A stretch of 64,000 nt of DNA from an uncultured Verrucomicrobiae bacterium (GTDB lineage: Bacteria > Chlamydiota > Chlamydiia > Chlamydiales > Rhabdochlamydiaceae): the NCBI GenBank assembly GCA_963718565.1, contig OY970364.1, positions 1,856,001 through 1,920,000 of the forward strand, in the 5' to 3' direction. Shown here piece by piece: positions 39,565 through 50,400 of this stretch (positions are counted from its first letter, which is position 1; each line of letters starts with the position of its first letter). Both the position numbers and the translations under genes were made by a program. Under the pieces are notes generated by a model. The model ran no database searches and was not told the origin of the DNA. It worked only from the letters and a program-made list of their open reading frames with translations.

Positions 39565-42500
39565 ACAACCCCCGCTTCTCTCTCAAATTCTTAATGAACT
39601 TTGATTGCGCTCCTTGATATGTTCCACCCAAAAAAGCATGGTCAGCAAAATAGGCTGTCCGCTCTGATAAGGTCGAACGGCAAGAGACAAACCTTACATC
39701 GTATTTTGGGTCATTCTTATATTTTAATGCAAACCACCCAGTGACAAAATCTTGTTTAGAATAAATATTGGCTACCTCACGGCCGTATTCGAGGGGAATT
39801 GGCTTTGCTGGGCCGAGGCCAAGAACGTAAAGTTGGTTTTTGAGAAGGCTCCTTTGATCCTCGGTCATCCCTTTGATTGCATTCCTGCCGACGACTCCGC
39901 CTTCGCTGTGACCGATGTGAAGCCAGAGCAGATCGGGGTTGATCTTGTGGAGTGTTTCAGAAATTGCCACCATGTATTGCCGGGTATTGACAACGGTGGG
40001 GGTGTCCTTGCCTCCTCGTTCCTGGAAGGTTCTTTTACAGTCTTGAATCAGTCCCTGGGTTGCGTTGTACATGCCAAAGATCAGAGTTCCTTCGGAAACC
40101 ATGTTGCCAATGGATTGCACATTTTGAATGAGATCATTCTTGGTTGTGCAAATCCCATTTTGTGTGGTGATGAGTCCAACGGTGGTTCCTTCTGTGGGAA
40201 AGAGTTCGCGAAAGTGCTCCGCGATGTTCACCGTATCTGCTTTTAATTCTTGGGGTGTAAATTGGAGCTTATGCCAATGGCCACAAGAGACGACCCAATC
40301 GATGGGGACATCGGATAAAAACGCTTTGCAGGGCAAAATGCTCCTCATAGGAATGTCTTTTGCCGGCAGGATGGCGTGAAGGGGTACTTCCAGGCGCAAG
40401 TTATTTTGGGGAAAGAGCGGGCGGGAATCGAGGCCAAAGAGATCAAGTCGGTTTAAGGGGCTGTTGAGGACATAGACATAGAGGTTGGGCCCGTCTGTAA
40501 AGCCTGAAGGATCGGGTGTGAGCCATCTTCCCAGGGCGGGATCATAAAACCGTTGTCCAAAGAAAATGAGATGGCCCATGGATCTTTTTGAAGAGAACCG
40601 CCATGGATTCAAGGGGCTGGAGTCATTTGTTTCTCTGCCAAAGGCATCGATGTGATACGACTCAGCGATCTTTTGATCTGCAGAAATCAACGCAATGATG
40701 TTGCCTTGGAAATCGTGCAGAGGTGCATAGGCGATCTCTTCGATCTCAATGGCAACACTCCCTCCGATCTCTCCTTGCAAGCCGAGGCCGATCACTTTGA
40801 GTTGGGTAATGGTGCCGCATGCGTTGATCGTGCCGATTTCTTGGGTTTTGTCGTAGAGATAGAGGGTCTGAACAGCTTCGGTTTGCTCAGAAATCAGGCG
40901 AGAAAATGAGTCATAAAAATAGAGTGTCTTTTTCGCATCGGGATGAGTAATGGAGATGAGACGACTCAAGGCGTCGTAGGTGTAATCTGTAACTCCCTCA
41001 GAAGAGATCCTTCGAGTCGGATTGCCATTGCGGTCGTACTCAAGAGAGTAGTCGGGTCCAGAGAGGATCTGGTTATACTCGTTGATAGAACAATGGATGG
41101 GATTGCCAAGGGAGTCGAATGCATACTGTTCGTCCCCTTCTCGAATTAGTTGATTTAGGGCATCGTGAGCGTAGATTTTATCTCCCAATAGGGAGTTTTT
41201 TGTCTGAGTGACCAGGCTTGAAGGGCCGTAGGAGATTGTCTGATGCAACCAGGGAGAATGTTGGTCACTGGGTCTTTCCAGAAGATCATGGGTTGTATTC
41301 AGAGTGCCAATGTTGTGAATGAGGTCTTCTTGCATCACGTGGCCGTTGGGATCGAAATCACAATAGCGATGGGAGTAAAGAAGATCTCCTCTGGAAGAGA
41401 GTCTGGAAACTTCCGTGAGATGTCCTCCTTTGTAGAGGTAAGCGACGGAAGAGAGGTCAGGTAAAGTGTAAGCTACACATCGGCCGTGATGGTCGTATTG
41501 CCATGTGAAGATGAGGCCATAGGCATTTGTTTCTTTCACAATCTGGCCAAAGGCATTATATTCCCGCTGCAATCGTGTGTGATGCACAAGATCGGTGACT
41601 TCAACAGGATTAGGGCCATTTGCATAAGCATACTGATAATGGATTGTTCCATCAGAGCTCTTTGTCTCTATGAGGCGATCGATCCCATCGTAAACGGAAT
41701 CGATGGCAACATCGCTAGGTAAAAGACGACTTTTGACCCTGCCTTTTTCATCATAGGTAAAATGAGTGGTCTTATCGCTTCCTTCACTTTCTGTGATGAC
41801 GCGGCCCATGGGATCATATTCCCATCGCACAGAAATTTGATTCTTAGGAGTGTGGTCATGATAGACGGTGGAAGCTCTTCGGGCCTGGTTGCCGGCCTTG
41901 TCATAAAACAGCTCTTCTTTCGAAACGATATTTCCATGTGGATCTTTCTGGATGCGGCGGCTGATGCGGTTAAGAGCATCCTGTATTTCGATAGTGGAGT
42001 TTCCTCGAGGGTCAATCGTCGTCTTTTGAAACACTCGCTGCCCTAAAGGATTTTCTGTTTCGCTATAGAGGAATTCTGTCTGATTCCCTAGGGGATCGAC
42101 ATGGCGGGTCAACCTAGATTCTCTATCGTAGGAAAAGAGGTCGGTGGCCTCTCCTTGAGAGGTCATCCGGACTGCTTGTACTTTTCTGTTCTCGGCGTCA
42201 TAGGAAAACCACATATGATTCTCAATGCGGCCATCCGAGGTCTCTTCCCGTTCTTCGATGACTCTGCCTCCGACATCATGGATCTGAATGTGGGCGATAT
42301 CTGATTCCATTGTCTTTTCGAGAAAGCCCAAGGAGTCATAGACATAAGTGGTGACTTTAGATTCTGCTTGCTCAGCGATCTTCCTTCCCGTGCCGTCATA
42401 CGTGTAATAGGTAGTGAGGCCGTTGGGGTCGGTATAAGAGAGGAGGTGGAAAGCGTTATAGGTCCAGTTTTCGGCGCTGAGAAGTTCTCCTTTTGCGGAG

Positions 42501-44950
42501 TGGGTCTTTTTAGAGACCATGCGTTGGAACATGTCGTAGAGATAATCGATCTGTGTTCCATCGGGATGGATCGTTTGTGCGAGAGTGCCGTCTTTGGAGT
42601 AACGATGGGAAACCGTGGTTCCATCCGCTTGGATGATCTTCACGGGTTTTCTCAAGGTGTTATAAAGCGTCTGGGTTGTTCCTCCTGCTACCACGGATGT
42701 CGAACTGATATTTCCTTGCAGATCGTATGCGAATGTCACGACGGGAAGATAGGAGTTGCTTTCTGGATCGAGGGAAGTGGGAAACTGGGTTCGGATACAT
42801 TTCCCAAATGCGTTGTAGGCTTGTTCTGTAGCATTGCCTTTGGAGTCAGTTTGCGATAATAAATTTCCATGAGCATCGTAGTGCGTAAAAGTCTTTTTGA
42901 TTGTGCCTACGTGATCGGATTCTTCCACACATGCAGGTCTTCCCGCTGGGTCATAGGTAAAGGTCTTACGAGGAAGGGAGACTTCTTTTGCAAAGAGAAG
43001 GTTGCCTACACTGTCATAGGAGTAAGTGTTCTCTTGGCCAAGCGGTGTGGTTTTACGGATCACATGTCCTTGAGGATCGTAATCGGTATGGATCGTGTAA
43101 CGATGGACACCTGCGGCATCGAAGACATTTTCTGTGATGACACGATATTCACGAGAATAAGAATAGCCGATTTTTCTTAAGGGAATTTCGGCATGGGAAG
43201 CCATGTCGAGATAGGATTCTGTCAGGGAGCGGATGAGCCCGGATGGGGGATCGAGATCATAACGTTTGATCTGGCGCTCGGTGACCTGATTTAAGTTATT
43301 GGGGTCGGAAGAATCTCCGTCATCAGTGATCTCTGTGATAAGCAAGTGATCTTCATTGTAAAAGAAAAATTCTCGAATGAAGATCTTCCCATGGTAGGAG
43401 GTAAATTTAGCTGTGGGAAGATCGGTATCATTTTTGTAGGTGTAAGTATAAGTGAGTCCATTTTCTTCCTCTTCGAGAGTAGGGATGTTGAATCGAGGGA
43501 GGTAGTCGTACCGTTTGGAGTAATGTTCTGCATGGGCAAGAGAGCCGTCACCGTTTAAGGAAAAAGGCCCCGATATAGCTCCGGTCAGGGATCCCCATAA
43601 GGTTTCATGGACGACATTGCCATTGTTGTCATAATGGAAGACTTTGGAAAAATGAGCGCGATGCTGTCCATCGAGCATGGCTTTAGCTTTCAGGCGATCT
43701 CCTTCCCAGATGAATTTTAAAATGGAAACGACCTCGCCTCGCTCATTGCAATACTCGATAGATAAAAGGTGTCCGGCATCATGAGTGTAACGGGTAAGAT
43801 GACCTGAGCTATCGCGCACTTCTGTCACTCCAGGACGATAGGAGAATTGTGCAAAGGTAAGGACTTCTCCGTGAGGGCCAATCGGAGCCTCAAGAAGGTG
43901 GACTTTATCGATCTCAAAGGGCTTCTTCTCGGGTTCTTCTGCCCATTTTTCCGCTTTTTTCTCATTGGGAGAAGTGTAATACTTGGCTTCGAATTGGAAC
44001 TTGCCTCCTAGATCCATCCGCCTGATCCGGGCGCCGATCCTTTTGCGCCCTTGAATATAAGCGATCCCTTCTTCTGCGCGGTGGCTGCTATGTACGCCGC
44101 AGATGTAGTCAGTCCCTTTAAATTCCATTGTATTGTATTGAAAAGATCTTCCATCGGATGTCTTTAAGCCCAGGACAAAAGGAGACTCTTTTTTAATCAG
44201 TTCCAGATTCATCCATGAAAAGGTCTTCGTTTTGGAAGGGTTCATGAGAGACACATTTTTAAGGCGATTATGATGATCATAGTAATAGTGAATCTTGTGC
44301 TGGCTTGGCAGCACTTCCTCACTTAAATGGTAACAGCATTTTAGTCGTCTTTCATTTCGTCTCCCTCGCCAACGATGAGTGTCCCAATGATGGAAGTCTT
44401 TGCCTTTGTAGGTGCGGGATCCGCCATTGGGAAGAAGCAAGATGGCAATCCCTTTTTTGGGGTGCAATTCGAGGATATTATTGGCGACATTGCTCTTGGC
44501 GCTTAAATTTCCGGAACATTGCCCAAATCCCTTGTCCGGCTTGAAGATAAGAACGTGATCGCTCTTTTCGTGATTGTAGGAATAAGGAACGAGATTGCCG
44601 CTAGGTTCGGGAAGATAGATCCGGAAGTTTTTCGGCTTGATCGCAAGATCGACCCACAGATAAGTGTGAGGAAGAAAATTCCATCCTCCTTGGATCGCAA
44701 AGCCTTCTCGTTCTGCTTTGAGCTCTGCATTCAACTCGCGTGGCTCCAATGCCCCTGCGCTGCAATATGTGCGAAAAATAGGGAGAGGTTTAGCTCCCCC
44801 GATCACACCATCTTCTAAGCAGAGGTTTAGATTCCCCGTGATCACATTGACGTGGTGAAAAAGCGTAGGGTCTTCATCATCAGAAAAAAGTTGATCCCAG
44901 TCAGCACGTAGAGAGGAAGTAAAAATGAGGAAGAGGAGGAGTAATTTCAT
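39545..44950 (-). CDS. RHS/YD-repeat polymorphic toxin with an N-terminal signal peptide and an alpha/beta-hydrolase-like C-terminal domain
   Basis: YD repeats; core motif RFYDPALGRWLTPDP...NSPLNRLDLFGL; tip contains HIGHSEGG, SKQDFV and DHAF. Confidence 0.92.
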   Translation of the reverse strand: MKLLLLFLIFTSSLRADWDQLFSDDEDPTLFHHVNVITGNLNLCLEDGVIGGAKPLPIFRTYCSAGALEPRELNAELKAEREGFAIQGGWNFLPHTYLWVDLAIKPKNFRIYLPEPSGNLVPYSYNHEKSDHVLIFKPDKGFGQCSGNLSAKSNVANNILELHPKKGIAILLLPNGGSRTYKGKDFHHWDTHRWRGRRNERRLKCCYHLSEEVLPSQHKIHYYYDHHNRLKNVSLMNPSKTKTFSWMNLELIKKESPFVLGLKTSDGRSFQYNTMEFKGTDYICGVHSSHRAEEGIAYIQGRKRIGARIRRMDLGGKFQFEAKYYTSPNEKKAEKWAEEPEKKPFEIDKVHLLEAPIGPHGEVLTFAQFSYRPGVTEVRDSSGHLTRYTHDAGHLLSIEYCNERGEVVSILKFIWEGDRLKAKAMLDGQHRAHFSKVFHYDNNGNVVHETLWGSLTGAISGPFSLNGDGSLAHAEHYSKRYDYLPRFNIPTLEEEENGLTYTYTYKNDTDLPTAKFTSYHGKIFIREFFFYNEDHLLITEITDDGDSSDPNNLNQVTERQIKRYDLDPPSGLIRSLTESYLDMASHAEIPLRKIGYSYSREYRVITENVFDAAGVHRYTIHTDYDPQGHVIRKTTPLGQENTYSYDSVGNLLFAKEVSLPRKTFTYDPAGRPACVEESDHVGTIKKTFTHYDAHGNLLSQTDSKGNATEQAYNAFGKCIRTQFPTSLDPESNSYLPVVTFAYDLQGNISSTSVVAGGTTQTLYNTLRKPVKIIQADGTTVSHRYSKDGTLAQTIHPDGTQIDYLYDMFQRMVSKKTHSAKGELLSAENWTYNAFHLLSYTDPNGLTTYYTYDGTGRKIAEQAESKVTTYVYDSLGFLEKTMESDIAHIQIHDVGGRVIEEREETSDGRIENHMWFSYDAENRKVQAVRMTSQGEATDLFSYDRESRLTRHVDPLGNQTEFLYSETENPLGQRVFQKTTIDPRGNSTIEIQDALNRISRRIQKDPHGNIVSKEELFYDKAGNQARRASTVYHDHTPKNQISVRWEYDPMGRVITESEGSDKTTHFTYDEKGRVKSRLLPSDVAIDSVYDGIDRLIETKSSDGTIHYQYAYANGPNPVEVTDLVHHTRLQREYNAFGQIVKETNAYGLIFTWQYDHHGRCVAYTLPDLSSVAYLYKGGHLTEVSRLSSRGDLLYSHRYCDFDPNGHVMQEDLIHNIGTLNTTHDLLERPSDQHSPWLHQTISYGPSSLVTQTKNSLLGDKIYAHDALNQLIREGDEQYAFDSLGNPIHCSINEYNQILSGPDYSLEYDRNGNPTRRISSEGVTDYTYDALSRLISITHPDAKKTLYFYDSFSRLISEQTEAVQTLYLYDKTQEIGTINACGTITQLKVIGLGLQGEIGGSVAIEIEEIAYAPLHDFQGNIIALISADQKIAESYHIDAFGRETNDSSPLNPWRFSSKRSMGHLIFFGQRFYDPALGRWLTPDPSGFTDGPNLYVYVLNSPLNRLDLFGLDSRPLFPQNNLRLEVPLHAILPAKDIPMRSILPCKAFLSDVPIDWVVSCGHWHKLQFTPQELKADTVNIAEHFRELFPTEGTTVGLITTQNGICTTKNDLIQNVQSIGNMVSEGTLIFGMYNATQGLIQDCKRTFQERGGKDTPTVVNTRQYMVAISETLHKINPDLLWLHIGHSEGGVVGRNAIKGMTEDQRSLLKNQLYVLGLGPAKPIPLEYGREVANIYSKQDFVTGWFALKYKNDPKYDVRFVSCRSTLSERTAYFADHAFLGGTYQGAQSKFIKNLREKRGLYDGSAR

Positions 44951-44982
44951 TCGCGATCGCCTGATTTAAAAAACAAACGGCG

Positions 44983-45011
44983 ATGCTAGGAAAAGATTTA
45001 TTCTACTGCAA
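44983..45011 (-). promoter_or_regulatory. Possible sigma70-type promoter for the RHS operon
   Basis: Minus strand TTGCAG-17 bp-TAGCAT, about 30 bp upstream of the ATG. Confidence 0.35.
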
Positions 45012-45128
45012 GATTTTTTTTAGCGGGAATTGTTGTTCAGAGTAGGGATCATCGTTCATACCCCGTGTGCAAGGCACATATGAAACACTATTTAAACATT
45101 TTTTTTAAAAACTTTTATGGTTAGATAC

Positions 45129-45283
45129 TATACCCTTCGTGGATGAAAAATTTGAGTGCAAAAAATTTTGTTTGACTGCACAATGGGTGCATGAATTTTT
45201 TGACCCACTCAGAACGAAACCAACTTAAACTTCAGCACAAACGAGAAAGGGACAAACGAGTGTGCGGCCGTATCTGCCAATGA
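45129..45283 (+). mobile_element. IS630-like left end and transposase 5' stub
   Basis: Begins TATACCC; 45191-45283 encodes MNFLTHSERNQLKLQHKRERDKRVCGRICQ*, resembling IS630 N-termini (RDxRVxDRIKAVLL). Confidence 0.55.
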
Positions 45284-45361
45284 CAAATTATACCGTGCGC
45301 CGTATAGCTTCCTATGACATAATGTTTAAAGGCTACATGAGTGCGACGGAGATCAACGTAG

Positions 45362-45523
45362 AGCCGCAAAGACGCGGAGAAAATTGAAAACAGATTGACA
45401 GAGCAGGTAATAGATGCCGTTCACAAGGCACAGGTTTTGACCTATTTGCGTTTGACAGGGCTCAAGTTAGGATTGTTACTCAACTTTGGGCGGAAATTGT
45501 ATTTTGAATTTGAAACACAATGA
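45362..45523 (+). pseudogene. Internally deleted GxxExxY-family remnant
   Basis: SRKDAEKIENRLTEQVIDA joined directly to VHKAQVLTYLRLTGLKLGLLLNFG; the central core is missing. Confidence 0.65.
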
Positions 45524-45571
45524 AGATGCGATTTTGAATTTTTCAAAAAAAATCGATCGGGGATTTTTTTA

Positions 45572-47467
45572 ATGAAATTGTTTCAATGGATGATCTTCAG
45601 AGTCCTATTTTCTCTTCCTGTGTTGTTAACGGGTGGATCGCTATACTGCACTCGGCCTGAAACTCGCATACGTGCTAACCCAAATCCAGACGAGAGAATT
45701 TACCCCGTCTCTCAAATAAAACTTGAATACGATACAAGCCATCCGGAACATCTTCCGATTGAAACATTGCAGCACATTGAAATCCTCCTATACGCACAGG
45801 AAAATATTCTTTTTGGGTCGGATCAGAACCATCCAGATGCTCGCCAGGTAAAAATGACGATCGATGAAATCAATCATGCCAGCGAAATCACGCGCATCTC
45901 TGATAATGCACTTGCAAAGATCTTACAGGCAATCATAGCGTATTTTAATCAGCAGGATATGCATTGGACTGTCGTCTATATCCCCAGTTCGGAGATCGCT
46001 GAGAATGGCGACGATGTGCGCCTCATGGGAGACACAACACTGACTTTGGTCATTTCGACCCCCATTGTAAAAAAAGTTTCTGTGCGCTATGTCGATCCTG
46101 ATGATCCTTCGAAAGAGCTCAATAATTCTCGATTGAGTCAAAAAATTTGCGACCATCTTCCTGCTTCGCTTCCAGACCCCTCGACGGGATATCCGGGAGG
46201 ATTTATCAACTCAAATCTTCTGAACAACTATTTACATTCATTAAATCGGCATAGAGAAAGAAGAGTAGATTTAGAAATTGGGCCTACAGAAATTCCTGGC
46301 GAGGTCGCTTTTGATTTTGTCGTGACGCAAAAAAGGCCTTATCATTTTTATTTCAATGCTAATAATAATGTGCCAAAACCGATTCATCGCTGGCAGGAAT
46401 CGGCAGGCTTCATCCATACACAAGTTTCTGGCAATGATGACATTTTTAAAGCCAATGCCTCGACCGACAGTTTTGATCAATTTTATTCCTTTGATGCTTC
46501 CTACGAAGCTCCACTTGGAAATTCCATCGGAAATCGCTGGCAGATTTTTGGAAGCTATAGCCGCTTTATCTCGGCTGAATTTGCTCTTCCTCAAAATTTG
46601 TTTGTCGGCACCCAAGCCATCGGAAATCTTGAATTCATCAGCACTATTGCCCAATGGGACAAATTGTTTCTAGATTTCGTAGCAGATCTTCAGTATCGCC
46701 ATATTCATAACAGAGGGCATTTCTTATTTTCCTCCGCAACTAAGAATTTTCTTTTGCCAGGAATTGCACTCAAGGCAATTCAACTGAGGCGCGAGACCAA
46801 GCTGATCGTTTCTTTATCTCTGCAAAGCACCATCAGTTCTTTATTTTGGGATGTGCGGAAACAGTTAGATAATTTGGGGAGAAGGCACTTGAGTCCAAAT
46901 TGGGGGATTCTTCAAGGAGGGTTCTATGGAAGTTTTTATCTGGAGCCGTTATTTCATGACAATAAGAAAGTGCGCCGGCTTGCTAACGAGATTGTTGTCG
47001 TCATGCAGCTGCAAAATGCCTTTAATCAACGATTGATCCCGCAGTTGGAAGGGATTTTAGGTGGGCTGTATACGATTCGTGGGTATCCTCAATCCACAGT
47101 TGCTGGCGATAATCTGTATATGGGTTCCGTCGAGTATCGATTTCATTTGCCCGGGGTTTTCAAACCCAACCCAAATGCCCGCACGAAATTATTCAAAAGG
47201 CCTTTTCGCTGGGCGCCTGCTGAACCTAAAGGCCAAGCGGATTGGGACTTGCTCTTTAGAGCTTTTTACGACGTCGGAGAAACCACAGTAAATCAGCGGC
47301 GCTCCTCAGAGCACGATCATCTTCTGATGGGCGCCGGCCTAGGAGCAGAGCTTGTGGTGTGGCAGAATATTTTTATCCGAGGGGAATGGGGAAGAGCCTT
47401 CCGTTCTGCGAATGGGATTTCAGAAGGGAATAATCAATTCTATTTTTCTTCTACGGTCATCTTCTAA
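45572..47467 (+). CDS. ShlB/FhaC/HecB-like (TpsB/Omp85) outer-membrane transporter
   Basis: Signal peptide, LGGLYTIRGYP (VRGY-type motif), FYDVG, terminal Phe. Confidence 0.8.
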   Translation: MKLFQWMIFRVLFSLPVLLTGGSLYCTRPETRIRANPNPDERIYPVSQIKLEYDTSHPEHLPIETLQHIEILLYAQENILFGSDQNHPDARQVKMTIDEINHASEITRISDNALAKILQAIIAYFNQQDMHWTVVYIPSSEIAENGDDVRLMGDTTLTLVISTPIVKKVSVRYVDPDDPSKELNNSRLSQKICDHLPASLPDPSTGYPGGFINSNLLNNYLHSLNRHRERRVDLEIGPTEIPGEVAFDFVVTQKRPYHFYFNANNNVPKPIHRWQESAGFIHTQVSGNDDIFKANASTDSFDQFYSFDASYEAPLGNSIGNRWQIFGSYSRFISAEFALPQNLFVGTQAIGNLEFISTIAQWDKLFLDFVADLQYRHIHNRGHFLFSSATKNFLLPGIALKAIQLRRETKLIVSLSLQSTISSLFWDVRKQLDNLGRRHLSPNWGILQGGFYGSFYLEPLFHDNKKVRRLANEIVVVMQLQNAFNQRLIPQLEGILGGLYTIRGYPQSTVAGDNLYMGSVEYRFHLPGVFKPNPNARTKLFKRPFRWAPAEPKGQADWDLLFRAFYDVGETTVNQRRSSEHDHLLMGAGLGAELVVWQNIFIRGEWGRAFRSANGISEGNNQFYFSSTVIF

Positions 47468-47482
47468 CCTGTATTTTTAATG

Positions 47483-50400
47483 CTATTCGCATGCCGCTTC
47501 TGGAACGAAGTTCACATTGCCGCTGATCAGAATATTCGAGTCAACATTCCCTGAAAAATTATCGACATTGATCGTGGTAGATCCGGCTCCTGTGCCGGAG
47601 GTGATTGCGATTCCATTTGTTCCAGGGGTTGCTCCGGCGACAGTGTTGTTAAAAATACTCGCACAGATATTCGAACTCGCTGAAAAATTTCCAAAGACTC
47701 CAATGCCGGTTGAACCACTACCGCTTCCTGTCAAGATGTTATTGTTATTGATGATGGTCGTCAACTGAATGTGATTTGCTCCTGGTTGTACAGCGATTCC
47801 CAAAGTCATGTTTGATGAAGTTGTAGCGACTTGGTTATCGCTGACAATGACTGTGCCTGCATTTGGAAAATTGGACACATTGGCTAGTATTCCATGCGAA
47901 CCTGATGTTCCAGTAGTGTTAGCTATAGCATTTCCAATGATGCTTACTGTTGCATTCGACCATCCGTCTGAATAGTTGATGCCTTGCGCCAAAAAATTTG
48001 CGACTTGATTTCCAGAAATTAGAACATTTCCTGTAATGTTAGGGCTAGCTGGGGAGAGCACATCGATCGCTTCACCAAAACCAGAAATGCTGTTATTGAG
48101 AATCTTTAATTGCATCGATCCTGTGTTAAAAACTTCTATCCCAGATCCTGAATTAGCTTGGCTGTATATTTGATTGTTGGCGATTTTTACGTTTCCAAAT
48201 CCAGCAACATTTATTGCTCCAAAACTTGCATTTCCAAATATAGTATTATTATTAATTTGGGTTCCATTAATCGATGCTCCAAATATTCCGTCAGAACTCG
48301 AGAGATTAATATTAAATCCCGATACTTCATTTCCATTGGCAAGGGTAACGACATTTGTACCCGTATTTGTGATCAGGGGAGAGGTATTTGAAAACGCGGG
48401 AATTTTAATGGTGCCTTTTGTCGTTGCAATCTTATGCGCGATGCCAGAGCCAAACAATGTTTGGCCATTCTGGAGAGAGATCCCCAGGTTCATTCCTGTG
48501 GACGTCCCATCGCCTGGGAACACATAGATCATATCATTGGGCCCGGATGCATTTTGAGCCTGCACTAATGTTGGAAACGGACTTTCAAAGGTGCCATTAG
48601 AACTGCTCGTATTGTTGACAAACCAGACTTTCCATGGATCGTCTGTGGCTGGGTTGATCGCCTTTTGTTTTGTAAAGACCCGTTTAATGACCGGGATCTC
48701 AAAGCGATAAGGCGAGAAAGCGGCGCGAGAAAGAGCGAGATTGATCTGTGAAGAGCAGTCGTTTCCTTTGCGTTTAATTCTTTTCCCAAAAGGGAGGTTG
48801 ATGGCAACAGAGCCTTGGATGACGCTTTTGAAGAGATGGTCGTAAGAATAGGAGGCTTCTAAAGAGACATATTCTTTAAAGCGCCCTAAGAGGCGCACCT
48901 TTCCTCCCCATGAAGAGGCATGAGAAGAGGAAAAGTAATAAGATCCAGCTCCCGTGTACAAGTCATATTTTGTGCTTTGGGTGAGATGTGCGCCAATTTC
49001 AGCATCTCCGCCAGTCATGACATCTCTTTGCTTAGCTTTCAATAGGATATCATTGCCCTTAAATTGATCGAAATCATAGTCGTACTTATGGCTTTTTCGA
49101 TCGCCAACTGGAAAATATCCATTCATGCGATATTCCATGCGTTTCCCTAGCAGTTCAATTCCCGGTCCTAATTGCTGGGCTGTGAGGTGATGGTTGTCCT
49201 GACGGACATCATAATAAAGGTAGTAGCTTAAGATATGCTCGAGGGACGGAAAGAAGGAACGCCCCCCTATCCCTGCATTCCCAGCAAACTTTCCATTGTC
49301 AAAGACATGGCCCCGCAGATCAATAAAAGGCATGAAGTAACTGTTGCCGTTGTAAATGCCGAATCCTTCCAGAGTAGTATATCCGTCCTTATATCCCACT
49401 CCTCTTGCTTCAGTGTGCCGCAGCCCAACATGCATCATATGGAAGGGCGTTTCACATTTTTTTGGATAAAAGGGTTGAGAAGGCGGATTGGGGAGCTTTT
49501 GCGTTTCTGGTTGAGAAGATCCTATAACATCTAGCTGTCCAGAATCTTCATTTTCTCGCTGAGCTTGAAGGTTTTCGAATTCTATTTTTTTTTGGCTAGC
49601 GCTGGATTTGCTTCCACTATTTTCCTCTGTTGAACTGTTGTTTTGCGGCGAGTTTTCAGACATAGAATGATGATTTTGACGACGGATGTGGCGATCATAT
49701 GTGGAAGAAGTTTCCTTACTGTTTGATGGTTTTTGGAATGGAGTTGAGCCTATGGCTTCTTTCTCATTCGTATTGGGGTTGTTTGCACGATCCTTTTCAG
49801 AGAGTTCTCTGGAAGGAGCTGGAATGCTTGGAGATAAAGAGGATTCTTTGCGGGCAAAAGGAGCAAAATATTTCCCTTTTCTCTCACTGGGATTGTGAGG
49901 GTTTCGTTTGTTCTTCGGAGATGCTTTACTGTCGATAGGCTCTTTCTCAATCGACTCCGTTGCAGAATCTTCAATAGGGAAGCTAGGGAACTTGCTTTGC
50001 TCAGCAATTTGTTTGCTATTGTTCTTCGGAGATGCGTTACTGTCGATGGGCTCTTTCTCAATCGACTCCGTTGCAGAATCTTCAACAGGGAAGCTAGGCA
50101 ACTTGCTTTGCTCAGCAATTTGTTTGCTATCAGAGGGCTTCTCAACTTGTTGAGGAGTTTCTGCGCTTTTGCTGAGTTTTCCATCTGGAGAAGCTGTGGG
50201 ATCTGACTTTTGTTTTTCAGATAATTGTTTGGATTGTAAATCTTTTGATAACAGTTCTTGTATCAGTTGCTCTGAATTTGGCTTAATAGGGGTGCTCTCT
50301 TTCGCGGGAGCCTGTTTGTTCATGACCGAATTTTGAGGGCCAAGGGATTTGGGGAATTTGGAGGGTTGCTTAGCTCTTTGCTTTTCTCTTTCCATTCTCT

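Larger units (their letters stand above)
36018..39665 (-). repeat. Tandem array of about 690-bp units (RHS tail fragment plus putative immunity gene); five full units and a truncated sixth
   Basis: Near-identical units; spacers of 104, 105, 104 and 104 bp encode a copy of the RHS C-terminal peptide. Confidence 0.95.

Noticed and set aside
36018..39665. CRISPR array or diversity-generating retroelement as the explanation for the repeats
   Set aside because: Units are about 690-bp coding repeats; no cas or reverse transcriptase gene is in the window, and the differences are block-wise, not adenine-specific.
39752..44818. Numerous antisense and off-frame ORFs within RHS (similarly within putA and groEL)
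   Set aside because: They are shadow ORFs of long genes and have no recognisable motifs.
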